This document shows, in pieces, positions 1 through 10,066 of a DNA stretch of 32,048 nt; position 1 is the stretch's first letter, and every line of letters begins with the position of its first letter. Position numbers and translations under genes: made by a program. This stretch comes from a candidate division WOR-3 bacterium (GTDB lineage: Bacteria > Hydrothermota > Tepidihabitantia > Tepidihabitantales > JAOUPE01): assembly GCA_039801565.1 (NCBI GenBank), contig JBDRUX010000014.1, forward strand, positions 1 to 32,048, written 5' to 3'. The notes below the pieces were generated by a model, which ran no database searches, was not told the origin of the DNA, and was given only the letters and a program-made list of their open reading frames with translations.

Positions 1-371
1 TGTGTTCACCTCACGCAGTGAGATTCTTCTCAATATGCTTCTTCATCTTTTTCGTGTTTATTTGTGTTCATTCGTGGTTTTTCCCCTTTTCGTTCGGTGG
101 ACGCTGCGCGTAGCTCGTAAGAGATTCACTTTAAGGAACATAATCCATCAAACGCGGATTGAAGGAAGGTCTAAAACGCCTGAAATTCAAGGAACACAGA
201 GGGGGAGCCCGATTCGGGTAAGTTCTTGAGCTTAAAAAGAATTCTCTGTGGGTAATTTTGACAATACCATTCATTGCCTTGAGGAGTAAAAGCTAAATCG
301 TCATCGGTTAAGTCTGATAAATTTTAATACGGGAGATTTGATTATAAAAATAGTTCAAAAGGTTTAAGAGT

Positions 372-2207
372 TCAACAGGATCTGGAATGAAGATATTCGT
401 AAATCTTTTCAGCAAGGTTTTTACCAATCATTTTCACTTTACTAATCTCATCAACCGTAGCCAATCTTAATCTTTCTAAACTGCCGAAATATTGAATTAG
501 AGCAAGTTTGCGTTTTTCGCCGATTCCCCTTAAGTCATCAAGTTCTGAGGTCAGCAAGGTTTTTTTGCGTAATTTTTTGTGATAACTAATCGCAAACCGA
601 TGGGCTTCATCCCGAATTCGTTTTAAGAGTTTTAGAGCCGGGGAAGTAGCCGGAATGGAGATTTCCCGGCCATCTTCAAAATATAAGGTATTAGTTCTTT
701 TGGCAAAGGCAAGAAAAACTGGTGGTTGGATGCTAACCGTCGCAGGTTTACCATTCGATTGGGCAGAGCCCAAAGCATTGTTATAAGCTCGAATTGCCGT
801 TGAGAGTTGTCCTTTGCCACCATCAATCAATACCAAATCGGCTAATGGTTTGCCTTCGTTAATTTGTCGCTTCACCCTTCGACTTAATACTTCTTCAATC
901 ATCGCATAGTCATTAGGACCAGTCACAGTTTTAATTTTGAATAGCCGATAATCCGACTTATGAGGATAATAGTCATGAAAGACAACAATTGAGCCAGTGG
1001 CACTTTTACCCGCGATATTCGAAATATCAACTCCTTCGATGATGCGGGGTGGTTTTGGTAGTCCCAAGAAACGCTGGAGATCTAAATTGGCTTGGTGAAT
1101 CTTTGGTACCGGCACAATTTCTGCCAACCCAACTTCGGCATTGCTCTTGGCTAAATTCAAAAGCCGGATTTTTTCACCCCGTTTTGGCTGATAAATCTTC
1201 ACCAGCTTATTCCGTTTCACTTTGAACCATTGGATAAGCGGTTCGGTATTTTCCATATCCAATTCCACGGGCAAGAGGACTTCGTCCGGTAAATCATAAG
1301 TATGGGTATAAATCGAACGGAGGAGACTGGATAAGATTTCGTCAGATTTCGTCCCCTTAGTTAAAGTTAACGGATATTCTTCTTTGCCAAAGAGTTTGCC
1401 TTCGCGGACCTTGAATCGGGTGGCAAAGGCTAAGGTGTCGGTCTGGGCTAACCCGAAGATATCTCGGGCAATTTTATCTTTAAAAACTGCTGGTTGATTG
1501 CGCATTATCTCTCTTAGTGCCAATAATTGGTCACGGATGATGGCCGCTTTCTCAAAGTCTTCTTTTTCACTTGCCGCAAACATCTGTTTTTCCAATTCTT
1601 GAATTATCTTGTCCGATTTACCCGAAAGAAAGGCAATTACATTGTTTACTCTTTCACGATACAACGCTTCAGGCACATTGCCCTGACAAGGTCCAAGACA
1701 ACGTTTCATTGGCAAGGCAAGACAGGGTCGTAATGGGATTGGGCTGGGTAAACTTTTATTACAGATGCGGATCTGAAAGATTCGCCGAACCCCTTTTAAC
1801 GCCTTTCTTAATGCCTTAGCCGAAGTGAACGGACCAAATAGAATCGAACCGTCTTGCTTTAGATTTCGGGTCGGGAAAATTCTCGGATATTTCTCCCTAA
1901 CCGTGATTTTAAGATAAGGAAACTTCTTATCATCCTTTAATCGGACATTATATTTCGGCTTATTAATCTTGATTAAATTCTCTTCGATGATCAGTGCCTC
2001 AACTTCGGAATTGGTGACAATGAAATCAAGGTCGGTGGCACGATTGATAAGTGATGTCTTCCTAGGGTCTTCCTGGGTTGTGGTATAGGCACGCAACCGT
2101 TCTTTAAGATTGCGGGCTTTGCCAACATAAACGATTTTGCCCTTGTTATCTTTTAAAAGATAAACACCCGGACGTTCCGGTGCCTCGGCAATTTTATCTT
2201 TCAGCAT
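372..2207 (-). CDS. uvrC: Excinuclease ABC subunit C
   Basis: N-terminal GIY-YIG (PGVYLL...YVGKARNLKERLRAY), Cys-rich region, UVR domain (FEKAAIIRDQ), RNase H-like domain (DISN...DYAM...DLVLIDGGKGQ, RIRDEAHRFAISYH), C-terminal HhH (GIGEKR, IGKNLA). Confidence 0.98.
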   Translation of the reverse strand: MLKDKIAEAPERPGVYLLKDNKGKIVYVGKARNLKERLRAYTTTQEDPRKTSLINRATDLDFIVTNSEVEALIIEENLIKINKPKYNVRLKDDKKFPYLKITVREKYPRIFPTRNLKQDGSILFGPFTSAKALRKALKGVRRIFQIRICNKSLPSPIPLRPCLALPMKRCLGPCQGNVPEALYRERVNNVIAFLSGKSDKIIQELEKQMFAASEKEDFEKAAIIRDQLLALREIMRNQPAVFKDKIARDIFGLAQTDTLAFATRFKVREGKLFGKEEYPLTLTKGTKSDEILSSLLRSIYTHTYDLPDEVLLPVELDMENTEPLIQWFKVKRNKLVKIYQPKRGEKIRLLNLAKSNAEVGLAEIVPVPKIHQANLDLQRFLGLPKPPRIIEGVDISNIAGKSATGSIVVFHDYYPHKSDYRLFKIKTVTGPNDYAMIEEVLSRRVKRQINEGKPLADLVLIDGGKGQLSTAIRAYNNALGSAQSNGKPATVSIQPPVFLAFAKRTNTLYFEDGREISIPATSPALKLLKRIRDEAHRFAISYHKKLRKKTLLTSELDDLRGIGEKRKLALIQYFGSLERLRLATVDEISKVKMIGKNLAEKIYEYLHSRSC

Positions 2208-2215
2208 CAGGATAT

Positions 2216-2244
2216 ATTATTCAGAATAGCGCAAAAATTGTCAA
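2216..2244 (-). promoter_or_regulatory. Sigma70-type promoter of uvrC (nearly leaderless)
   Basis: Minus strand TTGACA (2244-2239), 17-bp spacer, AATAAT (2221-2216); ATG at 2207 with no Shine-Dalgarno. Confidence 0.6.
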
Positions 2245-2966
2245 GAAGCGAATGCAAGCGGTTACAGATATGGTCTCGGCATTAAATTGAACTATTGAAT
2301 TAAACTATTTTTCAACCACTCTCAAAATCAGCGATTAGTGAAAATAATTTAGGTAGTTAAAGAATTAGGAATCTTACGCCCAGGACACGAAGAACCAAAA
2401 TTAGTAATTTACACCTTATCTCCCTTAACTTCCCCAATCAATTGCATCCAATTCTTTAAAAGATTCAACCCAAGATGCACCGCAGATTCGAAGATAGTCA
2501 AGAACTGTGCATAAACTTGGATTTCGGATTGGTCCGTTTTCTAAACGGGCTATAAAACTTTGTCCGTATTTTGATTTTAATCCTAACAGGTCAGCAACTT
2601 CCCGTTGTTTTAAATTGACTTTTCTGCCATTTCTTTAATAAAAACAAACACAAAAAAGGTTACTTAAAAGTAACGCAAAAATCAAGCCAAAATTTCTTTT
2701 AACTATATGATTTTTAAATGTCTTATATCAAATTCCGCTTCGGGTGGGGATATGGTATAGGGGGTAGCCCCGTAGGCTAGTTGGGAAGCCACCATCTATA
2801 CTGCCTCATTATTTTCACTAATCCCCAAGAACGGTGAGTTAATTACTGATTTTAAGATGCATAAGAAATAGCTCAAAATGTTCAAATAGTCTAAATCGTT
2901 TTTTTAGTGTGCACCGATTTTTGGGAATGCGTTGAAAAATTAGTTCAAACTGGTTCAATCGTTTAA
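2239..2966 (-). mobile_element. Copy 1 of a dispersed non-autonomous (MITE-like) element, inverted relative to 23904-24666
   Basis: Reverse complement matches 23904-24666 in long blocks (e.g. gttacttttaagtaaccttttttgtgtttgttttta, acagttcttgactatcttcgaatctgcggtgcatcttgg, gaaaataatgaggcagtataga); ~50-bp imperfect inverted repeats at about 2282-2331 and 2914-2966. Confidence 0.8.
2349..2651 (-). pseudogene. Frameshifted XRE-family HTH gene
   Basis: Homologous to 24270-24551 but lacks the 22 nt cttaaagcattacgaagaaaag that lie between two gaaaag microhomologies, causing a frameshift near the 5' end. Confidence 0.8.
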
Positions 2967-3106
2967 CTCCTAAAATCAAGTTCAGTATTAAATCAATTTC
3001 GAAATTCAAAACGAGTGTCGCATATCAGCAAAAACACTAAAACAAGCTCCTACTTATAACTATTTGTTTTATATAAACTTAACACAATACACAAAATATT
3101 CACCAT

Positions 3107-3122
3107 TGGCACGATAATTGCT
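3107..3122 (+). promoter_or_regulatory. Sigma-54 (-24/-12) promoter
   Basis: TGGCACG-ATAA-TTGCT is an exact match to TGGCACG-N4-TTGCW, ~80 nt upstream of ATG 3200, with an AT-rich upstream tract. Confidence 0.8.
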
Positions 3123-3199
3123 TCATTTTTATTAGTTGGAATTTATAATCTTCGCCCCTGCCGAAGTGAAAATCGAAACAAATAGATTCGGATAAGGAT

Positions 3200-5464
3200 A
3201 TGAGAAAGAAATTCTTAATGCTAAGCTTTCTAATTTCAATATATTGGGCACAGGAAGGAGCAAATTATCTTATTATCACTGCAGATACATTTTATAATCA
3301 AGTTTGTGAGCTGGCAAGGTGGAAGACTCAAAAAGGGGTGTTGACGCAGGTAAAACGACTTTCGGAGATTGGCAGTGCACCTTCTGAGATTCGCTCCTAT
3401 ATTATGAATTGTTACAATAACTGGTCACCCAGACCAGAATTTCTCCTTTTGGTTGGTTCACCGGATTTATTACCGCCTTATACCAATCTTTCTGACAATC
3501 AATATGCTGATATGAGCGGCGATTATCGAGCCGAATTGGCTTGTGGCCGATTCCCTTGTAAGACTCCAGCTCAGTGTAGTGTAATGATACAGAAAACTTT
3601 GAGTTATGAGCGAACCCCGTTGCTAACTGATTCCTTGTGGTTTAGGGGACTTTTAACAATTGTGCGCGAAGATTATGATTCAGACGATACTATTTACTAC
3701 AATGATGTTCATTTTGCTCGTGATTTGGCGCTTGCCAATGGCTTTCATACTATTGATTCATTGGCTCGGTCACGCAATCACAATCAAAATGATATTGTCA
3801 ATTCGATTAATCAGGGTAAAGGGTTTGTTCTTTATCGCGGCTCAGCGGCAGGTAACTGGTGGTATCCATTCTATGTTAATCCCAACCAGACTAATAATGG
3901 CAGTCGTCTGCCCATCATCATTTCTGCAACCTGTGCTACGCTAACTTTAACTCCGGGCGAGTCAATGGTTGGTGAGGCTTGGCTAAAAACCGGTTCATCC
4001 TCGGCTTTAAAGGGTGCGGTCGCTTTTTTTGGTAACGCTCGCTCGGATTATAATGTCGCCCATTTGCGCTCCGCTATCACGCAAGGATTCTTCAAAGGAT
4101 TATTCTTAGAATCCTTACCAACCTTGGGACAGGTGATGCTTCGGGCAAAACAAGAACTTTACGAACGGTACAACCATCCTTTTGAATACCAATCCTTCAC
4201 ACTTTTAGGTGACCCGGAACTAAATCTTTGGACCACGACTCCCAAAGTGCTGAATGTTAACTATCCTTCTCATATTCCTCCTGTTCCCACCCAATTTACG
4301 GTTCAAGTCAATCACAATGGACCAGTATCAGGTGCTCGAGTCTGTCTCTGGAAGGCAGATGATTTTTACCTTGTTGGTACGACCAATAATTCAGGAATGG
4401 TCACTTTTGCAATTAATCCTCAAACCCAAGGCGGTTTCCTAATTACTGTGACAAAGAGAAATTTTGTCCCATTCCAAGATTCCGCTTGGATTGAAAATGG
4501 CGATGTTGGCGTGGTGGCAATTCAAAACTTACCCAGCGTGGCTGACTCAGGAAGTTATTTACTACCGCAAGCATTGGTAAAGAATTTTGGTACCGCTACG
4601 GTTAGTTTTACGGTTCGATTCACAGCACCTAACTATGTTTCAACTCGAGAGGTAGTTGGGCTATTACCCGAAAGTACGAGCCTCGTAGAATTTGATACTT
4701 GGATTTTAAATCAACGGGGTACGAATATTCTTCAATGCTCTACCGAGCTGGTTGGCGATGCCAATCCAATGAATGATTGGCTTACGGATACGGTATTCAG
4801 TAATGTTTATGATGTTGGCGTCACCCAAATTCTTTCACCCGAGGATACAATTGAGATTGGCGATACTGTATTACCCCAACTTGCGATAAGCAATTTTGGT
4901 AATACCGAAGTGGATTTTGCGGTGCAGCTTTCAATTTTCACCCAACAGTCATTTTCACCACAAATAATCTATAACGAGACCCTCTTAATAACCCTTGGCC
5001 CGGCTACAGATACAACCCTTATCTTCTCAGAATGGATTGTGACTCAATCCGGCAATTATCAAGTGATTGCCAAAACAATGCTACCGAATGATATGCAGCG
5101 AGGTAATGATAGTTTGGCAAAGACAGTATTGGTTATGCCCCAAACTGGTTTAAATGAAATTGAAGACCAAATAGTTAATTTAGAGTGTTATCCCAATCCA
5201 TTTGTCAATCAAGTTATTATAAAAGCCAATTTACCTAAGTCCAAAGTCAAAGTTTTGCCGCCGGAAAAGTTATGGTTAAAAATCTATGATGTAAAAGGTA
5301 AGGTCATTTCGAAATTCGAAATTCAGAATTCAAAATTCAAAGATAATTTAATAATCTGGGACGGTAAAGATAACTTGGGCCGAAGATTAAATTCAGGGAT
5401 TTATTTTATTCGGTTCCTTGGTTTGACAAAAAAATTATTGAAATGGCAAACTGGGGTAATGTAG
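3200..5464 (+). CDS. Secreted C25 (gingipain-like) peptidase-family protein with Ig/CARDB-like repeats and C-terminal FlgD/T9SS-type sorting domain
   Basis: Signal peptide; YLIIT, LLLVG, SDNQYAD, GRFP, LLGDPEL C25 motifs; DVGV..I..P Ig repeats; YPNPF...IYDVKG...WDGKDNLG...SGIYF tail. Confidence 0.88.
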   Translation: MRKKFLMLSFLISIYWAQEGANYLIITADTFYNQVCELARWKTQKGVLTQVKRLSEIGSAPSEIRSYIMNCYNNWSPRPEFLLLVGSPDLLPPYTNLSDNQYADMSGDYRAELACGRFPCKTPAQCSVMIQKTLSYERTPLLTDSLWFRGLLTIVREDYDSDDTIYYNDVHFARDLALANGFHTIDSLARSRNHNQNDIVNSINQGKGFVLYRGSAAGNWWYPFYVNPNQTNNGSRLPIIISATCATLTLTPGESMVGEAWLKTGSSSALKGAVAFFGNARSDYNVAHLRSAITQGFFKGLFLESLPTLGQVMLRAKQELYERYNHPFEYQSFTLLGDPELNLWTTTPKVLNVNYPSHIPPVPTQFTVQVNHNGPVSGARVCLWKADDFYLVGTTNNSGMVTFAINPQTQGGFLITVTKRNFVPFQDSAWIENGDVGVVAIQNLPSVADSGSYLLPQALVKNFGTATVSFTVRFTAPNYVSTREVVGLLPESTSLVEFDTWILNQRGTNILQCSTELVGDANPMNDWLTDTVFSNVYDVGVTQILSPEDTIEIGDTVLPQLAISNFGNTEVDFAVQLSIFTQQSFSPQIIYNETLLITLGPATDTTLIFSEWIVTQSGNYQVIAKTMLPNDMQRGNDSLAKTVLVMPQTGLNEIEDQIVNLECYPNPFVNQVIIKANLPKSKVKVLPPEKLWLKIYDVKGKVISKFEIQNSKFKDNLIIWDGKDNLGRRLNSGIYFIRFLGLTKKLLKWQTGVM
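5306..5340 (+). repeat. Five tandem 7-bp repeats inside the CDS
   Basis: atttcga aattcga aattcag aattcaa aattcaa, translated as ISKFEIQNSKFK. Confidence 0.75.
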
Positions 5465-5520
5465 GAGGGCTGATTCGAGGGAGAGCCCGTTTTGGGGCTA
5501 TAAAGAGGCAGGGGGTGGAT

Positions 5521-5552
5521 ACTCCTGGGTACTGCTCCCGGTACCCAGGAGT
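5521..5552. other. Perfect 12-bp stem hairpin between the two secreted-protein genes
   Basis: actcctgggtac-tgctcccg-gtacccaggagt; no clear U-tract. Confidence 0.7.
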
Positions 5553-5562
5553 TGGCTTGCTA

Positions 5563-5591
5563 TTGACGCCTGATAAATTTTATGTTATAAT
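5563..5591 (+). promoter_or_regulatory. Sigma70-type promoter with extended -10
   Basis: TTGACG-N17-TATAAT with TGn before the -10; AAGGAGG RBS before ATG 5645. Confidence 0.75.
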
Positions 5592-5644
5592 TATTAAAGA
5601 GGAAGTTAAACCATTAACAGGGGAAGATAAAAAGGAGGGGTAAA

Positions 5645-8600
5645 ATGGACGAAAAAATAAAACATCAGGGTTATCCTCACCTTAGGTCATTCCAAGTTTG
5701 GTTAATTATATTCGGGTTTGCGATTTCGATAATAAATGCCAATGTACTACTCCAACAGAATTTTAATGGCAGTTGGTCAACCCAAAGTCCACCACCAGGT
5801 TGGACCATCTATTATACCACACCGGTCGGAAACTCGGACTGGCATCGAAGAAATGCTGGTCAGTCGCCCTGGTCGGATAATTTGACACCGTATGCTTGCC
5901 TTTATTCGACACCCCAAGAGACTGGCGAAGATATTCTGACTTCACCAACCATAAACTGCTCGGCTTATACCAATGTTGTCCTGCGCTGTTCGACCTATTT
6001 TATTCCGCAAGAGGGTCAAGCCTATACGGCTAAATTATTAGGTTCTTCGAATGGCGGCAGTTCTTGGATTGAACTCTATAATTACTTTGGGCAAAATTAT
6101 GGCCCAGGACTACAGGTTTTTGATTGTCCTTGGGCGAACAATAACCCCAATGTCAAATTTCGCTGGTACTGGAGTGGCAATACCAATCAGATTTATCACT
6201 GGAGTGTTGACAATATTACGGTCACTGCTGACCCAATCATTCTTGATGTTGGAGTAATTCGAATTGTTGAGCCCACCGGCACGGTTGATTCCGGCACGGT
6301 AATAAGTCCAAAAGCCTGGGTTAAGAATTTCGGCAATGCCTCGGTGACTTTTCCGGTAAAATTCAAGATTGGCAATTTCTATGACGATATTCAATCGGCT
6401 TCGCTTAACCCGAATGAATCCACTCTTGTTATTTTCAACACTTGGAATGTGATTCAGGTTGGAACCCATCTAACGAAATGTAGCACTGCCCTGGCCGGGG
6501 ATGCCAATTTCAATAATGATACTTTAACTGGTTCGGTTACGGTGCAAGTCAGAGATGTTGGGGTAAAAGAGATAATCGCTCCTTCCGGTGAGTTGGATTC
6601 AACCGTTTCCATCACACCAAAAGTTTTAGTGCAGAACTTTGGCACTGATACCGAGACCTTTAATGTCTTTTTCCATATTGGTGACTCTTATTTTGACACT
6701 AAAACCAAAACGCTTGGCCCTGGGATGGAAGACACAGTAAGTTTTGCCAACTGGATTCCGACCCGCGGCACATATTCAACCGGCTGTAGCACTAATTTAG
6801 CGGGCGATTTGAATCCTAATAACGACACAATTTCTGGGACGGTGACGATTCGGGTATTAGATGTCGGGGTTGTCGAAATACTCGCACCCACTGGGATTAT
6901 TGACTCTGGCACAACCATAACACCCCAAGTGCGAGTTGAAAATTTTGGCACCGACCCGGTAGTGTTCCCAATTACCCTGGAAATTGGTTCCTGGCAGGAG
7001 AGCCGGTATAAGACACTCAGCATCGGTCAAATAGATACGGTCAATTTCCCTCAATGGACCGCTCAACCCCCCGGTGTCTTCACGGTCCTTTGCCATACCA
7101 ACTTGGTTGGTGATTTGGTTTCCCATAATGATACGCTGTACGACTCGGTCTTGGTGCGGGTTCTTGATGTTGGTGTTGCTCATATTGTCGCCCCAGCCCA
7201 AATTATTCGACCGGAGACGATAATACCCCAAGCCTGGCTCAAAAATTATGGGACAACTACTTCAGGACCTTTTACGGTAAAATTTGAAATCATACCTGGC
7301 TATACCGATATTCAAAATGTTCTCAATCTCAATGTTGGAGAATCGCTTCTGGTTTCTTTCACCCCTTGGGCTGACACCTGTGGAATTTATGTGGTAAAGT
7401 GTTCAACTGCGCTAATCGGTGATTGCAATAAGAATAATGATTACAAAAGCGGCAATGTCTTAGTCTCAATTACCGGCTCTAATCCCGGTTCCTGGGTTGA
7501 ATTACCGAAAACGATACCGGGTTCAAAACCACTAAAAGACGGTAGTTGCTTAGAAGTTATTCAAGATACCTTAGTATTTTTGATTAAAGGGAACAAAACC
7601 CGGGAATTTTACAGACTCAATACAAAACGAGACACTTGGAGTAAGTTAGCCGATGTTCCAGCCGGACCGAATAACAAACCAGTGAAAAAAGGTGCGAAAA
7701 TGGTCGGGGACGGCACGAGATATATCTATCTGGCAAAAGGTGGTAACACACTCGAATTCTATCGCTACGATATGGCAAAGGACTCTTGGGCGGCGTTACC
7801 TGATATCCCCTTAGGCACTGGCAAGAAAATAAAAGATGGTACTGGTATTGCGTACTGTGAAAAATTAGGCGAACCGTTTATCTATCTACTCAAAGGGGTA
7901 AATACCCAGGAATTCTATCGCTTCCGAATCCTTGCTGACAGTTGGGAAAAGATGCCCGATGCGCCGGCTGGCAAACAAAAACCCGGTTATAAAAAAGGTT
8001 CAGACCTCGCTTGCGATAATGAAAATAAAATCATCTACTGTCTCAAAGACCGAACCAATGAAATCTTTACTTACGATGTCAACCACGACACTTGGCTTAC
8101 CAAGAATTTTACACCAATGCCCTTAATTCATCCACTCTATGGCAAAAAGAAAAAGGTCAAAGAAGGTGGCGCGCTCTGTTTAGTCTCACCGGAAAATATC
8201 TATGCCTTGAAAGGTGGAAACACTTGTGAGTTCTGGTTATTCCAGCCACAAACAACTGACTCGGGAAAATGGCTGCCACTTGCCTTAATACCAGCGATCG
8301 GCGCCGATGGCAAAAAGCGCCGGGTAAAAGCCGGTGGCGACCTAATCGCCCTAACTTATCAGAACCAAAATGCCATTCTGGCAATTAAGGGCAATAAGAC
8401 TGACAGAATCTGGAAATGGAGCGATTCCTTATTTGCCACTAATTTAAACCATCTCGAATCTGCCTCAGGCGGAAACAATTTTGAACCATCAAAGGCAAAA
8501 AGCGCTACTGAGAACCTAAAACCTTTAGAAATTTCGATTAGACCGAATCCGGTGGGTCGGAATCTCTTTATCCAACTTCCATTGTCATTTTGGGAAGCGT

Positions 8601-8815
8601 TAAATCAAAACCAGAACCCCAATTTAAAAATCACCGTTGCTCTCTACAATCCAGTTGGTCAGAAGTGTCTGTGCCGCGAATTTCGTTGTGAGGCATCCCA
8701 CTCCACAAGCCCGACAATAGTAATAGACACTAAACAAGTCAAAACCGGTATTTACTTATTGAGGGTTAATTTGGGTAGTTTATCGCTGACCCGAAAAATT
8801 ATCATTTCGCACTAA
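5645..8815 (+). CDS. Large secreted/surface protein: jelly-roll domain, four CARDB-like Ig repeats, Kelch-like beta-propeller, T9SS-type C-terminal domain
   Basis: Signal peptide; FRW...WSVDNI jelly-roll end; four DVGV..I..P...V.NFG...ND repeats; repeated KG.NT.EFY.Y propeller blades; PNPVG...LYNPVG...GIYLL...KIII tail. Confidence 0.82.
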   Translation: MDEKIKHQGYPHLRSFQVWLIIFGFAISIINANVLLQQNFNGSWSTQSPPPGWTIYYTTPVGNSDWHRRNAGQSPWSDNLTPYACLYSTPQETGEDILTSPTINCSAYTNVVLRCSTYFIPQEGQAYTAKLLGSSNGGSSWIELYNYFGQNYGPGLQVFDCPWANNNPNVKFRWYWSGNTNQIYHWSVDNITVTADPIILDVGVIRIVEPTGTVDSGTVISPKAWVKNFGNASVTFPVKFKIGNFYDDIQSASLNPNESTLVIFNTWNVIQVGTHLTKCSTALAGDANFNNDTLTGSVTVQVRDVGVKEIIAPSGELDSTVSITPKVLVQNFGTDTETFNVFFHIGDSYFDTKTKTLGPGMEDTVSFANWIPTRGTYSTGCSTNLAGDLNPNNDTISGTVTIRVLDVGVVEILAPTGIIDSGTTITPQVRVENFGTDPVVFPITLEIGSWQESRYKTLSIGQIDTVNFPQWTAQPPGVFTVLCHTNLVGDLVSHNDTLYDSVLVRVLDVGVAHIVAPAQIIRPETIIPQAWLKNYGTTTSGPFTVKFEIIPGYTDIQNVLNLNVGESLLVSFTPWADTCGIYVVKCSTALIGDCNKNNDYKSGNVLVSITGSNPGSWVELPKTIPGSKPLKDGSCLEVIQDTLVFLIKGNKTREFYRLNTKRDTWSKLADVPAGPNNKPVKKGAKMVGDGTRYIYLAKGGNTLEFYRYDMAKDSWAALPDIPLGTGKKIKDGTGIAYCEKLGEPFIYLLKGVNTQEFYRFRILADSWEKMPDAPAGKQKPGYKKGSDLACDNENKIIYCLKDRTNEIFTYDVNHDTWLTKNFTPMPLIHPLYGKKKKVKEGGALCLVSPENIYALKGGNTCEFWLFQPQTTDSGKWLPLALIPAIGADGKKRRVKAGGDLIALTYQNQNAILAIKGNKTDRIWKWSDSLFATNLNHLESASGGNNFEPSKAKSATENLKPLEISIRPNPVGRNLFIQLPLSFWEALNQNQNPNLKITVALYNPVGQKCLCREFRCEASHSTSPTIVIDTKQVKTGIYLLRVNLGSLSLTRKIIISH

Positions 8816-8875
8816 CTCGAATTTGAATCCGCCTGAGGCGGAAACAAAATGAAATAATCCTAACCGCATTCTTTA

Positions 8876-8911
8876 AAGGTCCGCCTGAAAACTCAGGCGG
8901 ACTTTTTATTT
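8876..8911 (+). terminator. Intrinsic terminator
   Basis: gtccgcctga-aaac-tcaggcggac followed by tttttattt, downstream of the 8815 stop. Confidence 0.8.
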
Positions 8912-8945
8912 GTGACAATGCAAAAGTAAGCAACGAATTGTAACC

Positions 8946-8974
8946 TTGACAGATATTTCATTTTTTTTTAAACT
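8946..8974 (+). promoter_or_regulatory. Sigma70-type promoter of the ferritin/Fe-S operon
   Basis: TTGACA-N17-TAAACT; spacer contains a poly-T run. Confidence 0.65.
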
Positions 8975-9047
8975 TTTATTGTTAATATTAAATGGTCTGT
9001 TTAAATAATCTTTTTAATGAGTTTAGATGGCTCGGCGAGGAGGAATA

Positions 9048-9566
9048 ATGCAAGAATGTATTTCACCTGAAGATGTGATGAAATTGGCTATCCAAATAGA
9101 AGAAACCGGCCGGACAATTTACGAAAATACACAAAACCAAGCTCAAGCACCAGAATTGATTGAACTGTTTCGATTTTTAGCCGAGGAAGAGACCAGGCAC
9201 ATTGATACATTTCAGAAGATTTACGAAAATTTCTTAAGGGGTGGTGGTCAGATTAAAGTTCCTAATCCCGAAGATGCTTTCTTTCTAAAGACTCTGGCGG
9301 AAAATCAAATCTTTCAAGGTAAGGATAAGGCGTTAAATTTGGTTAAAACGGCAACTGAACCACTTCAATTAATCAATTACGCTTTAGCTTTTGAGCGCGA
9401 TGCCCTCCTCTTCTTTATGAAACTATACCGAATGGTCTGTGCTCAAGACCGCGAATTAATTTCTCAATTAATCAAAGAAGAAGAAGGGCATATCGCCAAA
9501 TTGACCGAAATCCAATATCGGTTAAAAACCCCAAAACCAAAAGCCGGTATTTTTGGAAAGGAGTGA
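9048..9566 (+). CDS. Rubrerythrin-like ferritin-family di-iron protein 1
   Basis: AIQIEE..G..Y, EETRH, FERDA, EEEGH ligand pattern; GGAGGA RBS favours ATG 9048 over 9027. Confidence 0.88.
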   Translation: MQECISPEDVMKLAIQIEETGRTIYENTQNQAQAPELIELFRFLAEEETRHIDTFQKIYENFLRGGGQIKVPNPEDAFFLKTLAENQIFQGKDKALNLVKTATEPLQLINYALAFERDALLFFMKLYRMVCAQDRELISQLIKEEEGHIAKLTEIQYRLKTPKPKAGIFGKE

Positions 9567-10066
9567 AGATGGCGGTTTTTTATTCGGCAGTCGAGGTAAT
9601 CGAGATGGCAATCAAGACCGAAGAAGCTGGTAAATTATTTTACGAATCGGTTGCCCGCAAAACCCGACAAAAAAACCTAAAAGAACTCTTCCAATTTTTA
9701 GCCAGTGAGGAGACTAAACATAAGCAACTCTTTACTAATTTATATCAGTTGACCCGAGAAAAACCCGAAGCAATTCCTTACAACTGGGATGAGATGAATC
9801 TTTACCTCAAAGCGCTTTCCGAGTCACGCTTCTTTTTAGGCGAAGATAAAGCGATCAACCTGGTCAAAAAGGCAAAGACACCTAAACAGGCATTAGACTA
9901 TGCCTTAGGGTTCGAACGCGACACTATGCTCTTTTACACAGAGATTACTAATATCGTCAGCGAACAAAATCGAGAATTAGTCAATAAAATTATCGCTCAA
10001 GAAAAAAATCACATCCGCCAACTCCAAGCGATGAAAGAAAATCTTAAGTCAAAAGGAAACAAGTGA
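9563..10066 (+). CDS. Rubrerythrin-like ferritin-family di-iron protein 2
   Basis: AIKTEEAG..FY, EETKH, FERDT, QEKNH; the real start may be ATG 9569 (AAGGAG RBS). Confidence 0.88.
   Translation: MKMAVFYSAVEVIEMAIKTEEAGKLFYESVARKTRQKNLKELFQFLASEETKHKQLFTNLYQLTREKPEAIPYNWDEMNLYLKALSESRFFLGEDKAINLVKKAKTPKQALDYALGFERDTMLFYTEITNIVSEQNRELVNKIIAQEKNHIRQLQAMKENLKSKGNK

Noticed and set aside
2..229. 75-aa ORF
   Set aside because: No recognisable motif; it runs through repeat and hairpin sequence
270..285. 14/16 match to the reverse complement of about 14684-14699
   Set aside because: Too short to distinguish from chance and the flanks do not align
5443..5643. 66-aa ORF between the secreted-protein genes
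   Set aside because: It spans a hairpin, promoter and RBS; no protein features
6240..7460. Diversity-generating retroelement template/variable repeats
   Set aside because: The repeats are diverged Ig-domain duplications, not adenine-specific variants, and no reverse transcriptase is present
8961..8969. Phase-variable poly-T in the promoter spacer
   Set aside because: A T9 run is unremarkable in AT-rich intergenic DNA without read-level evidence
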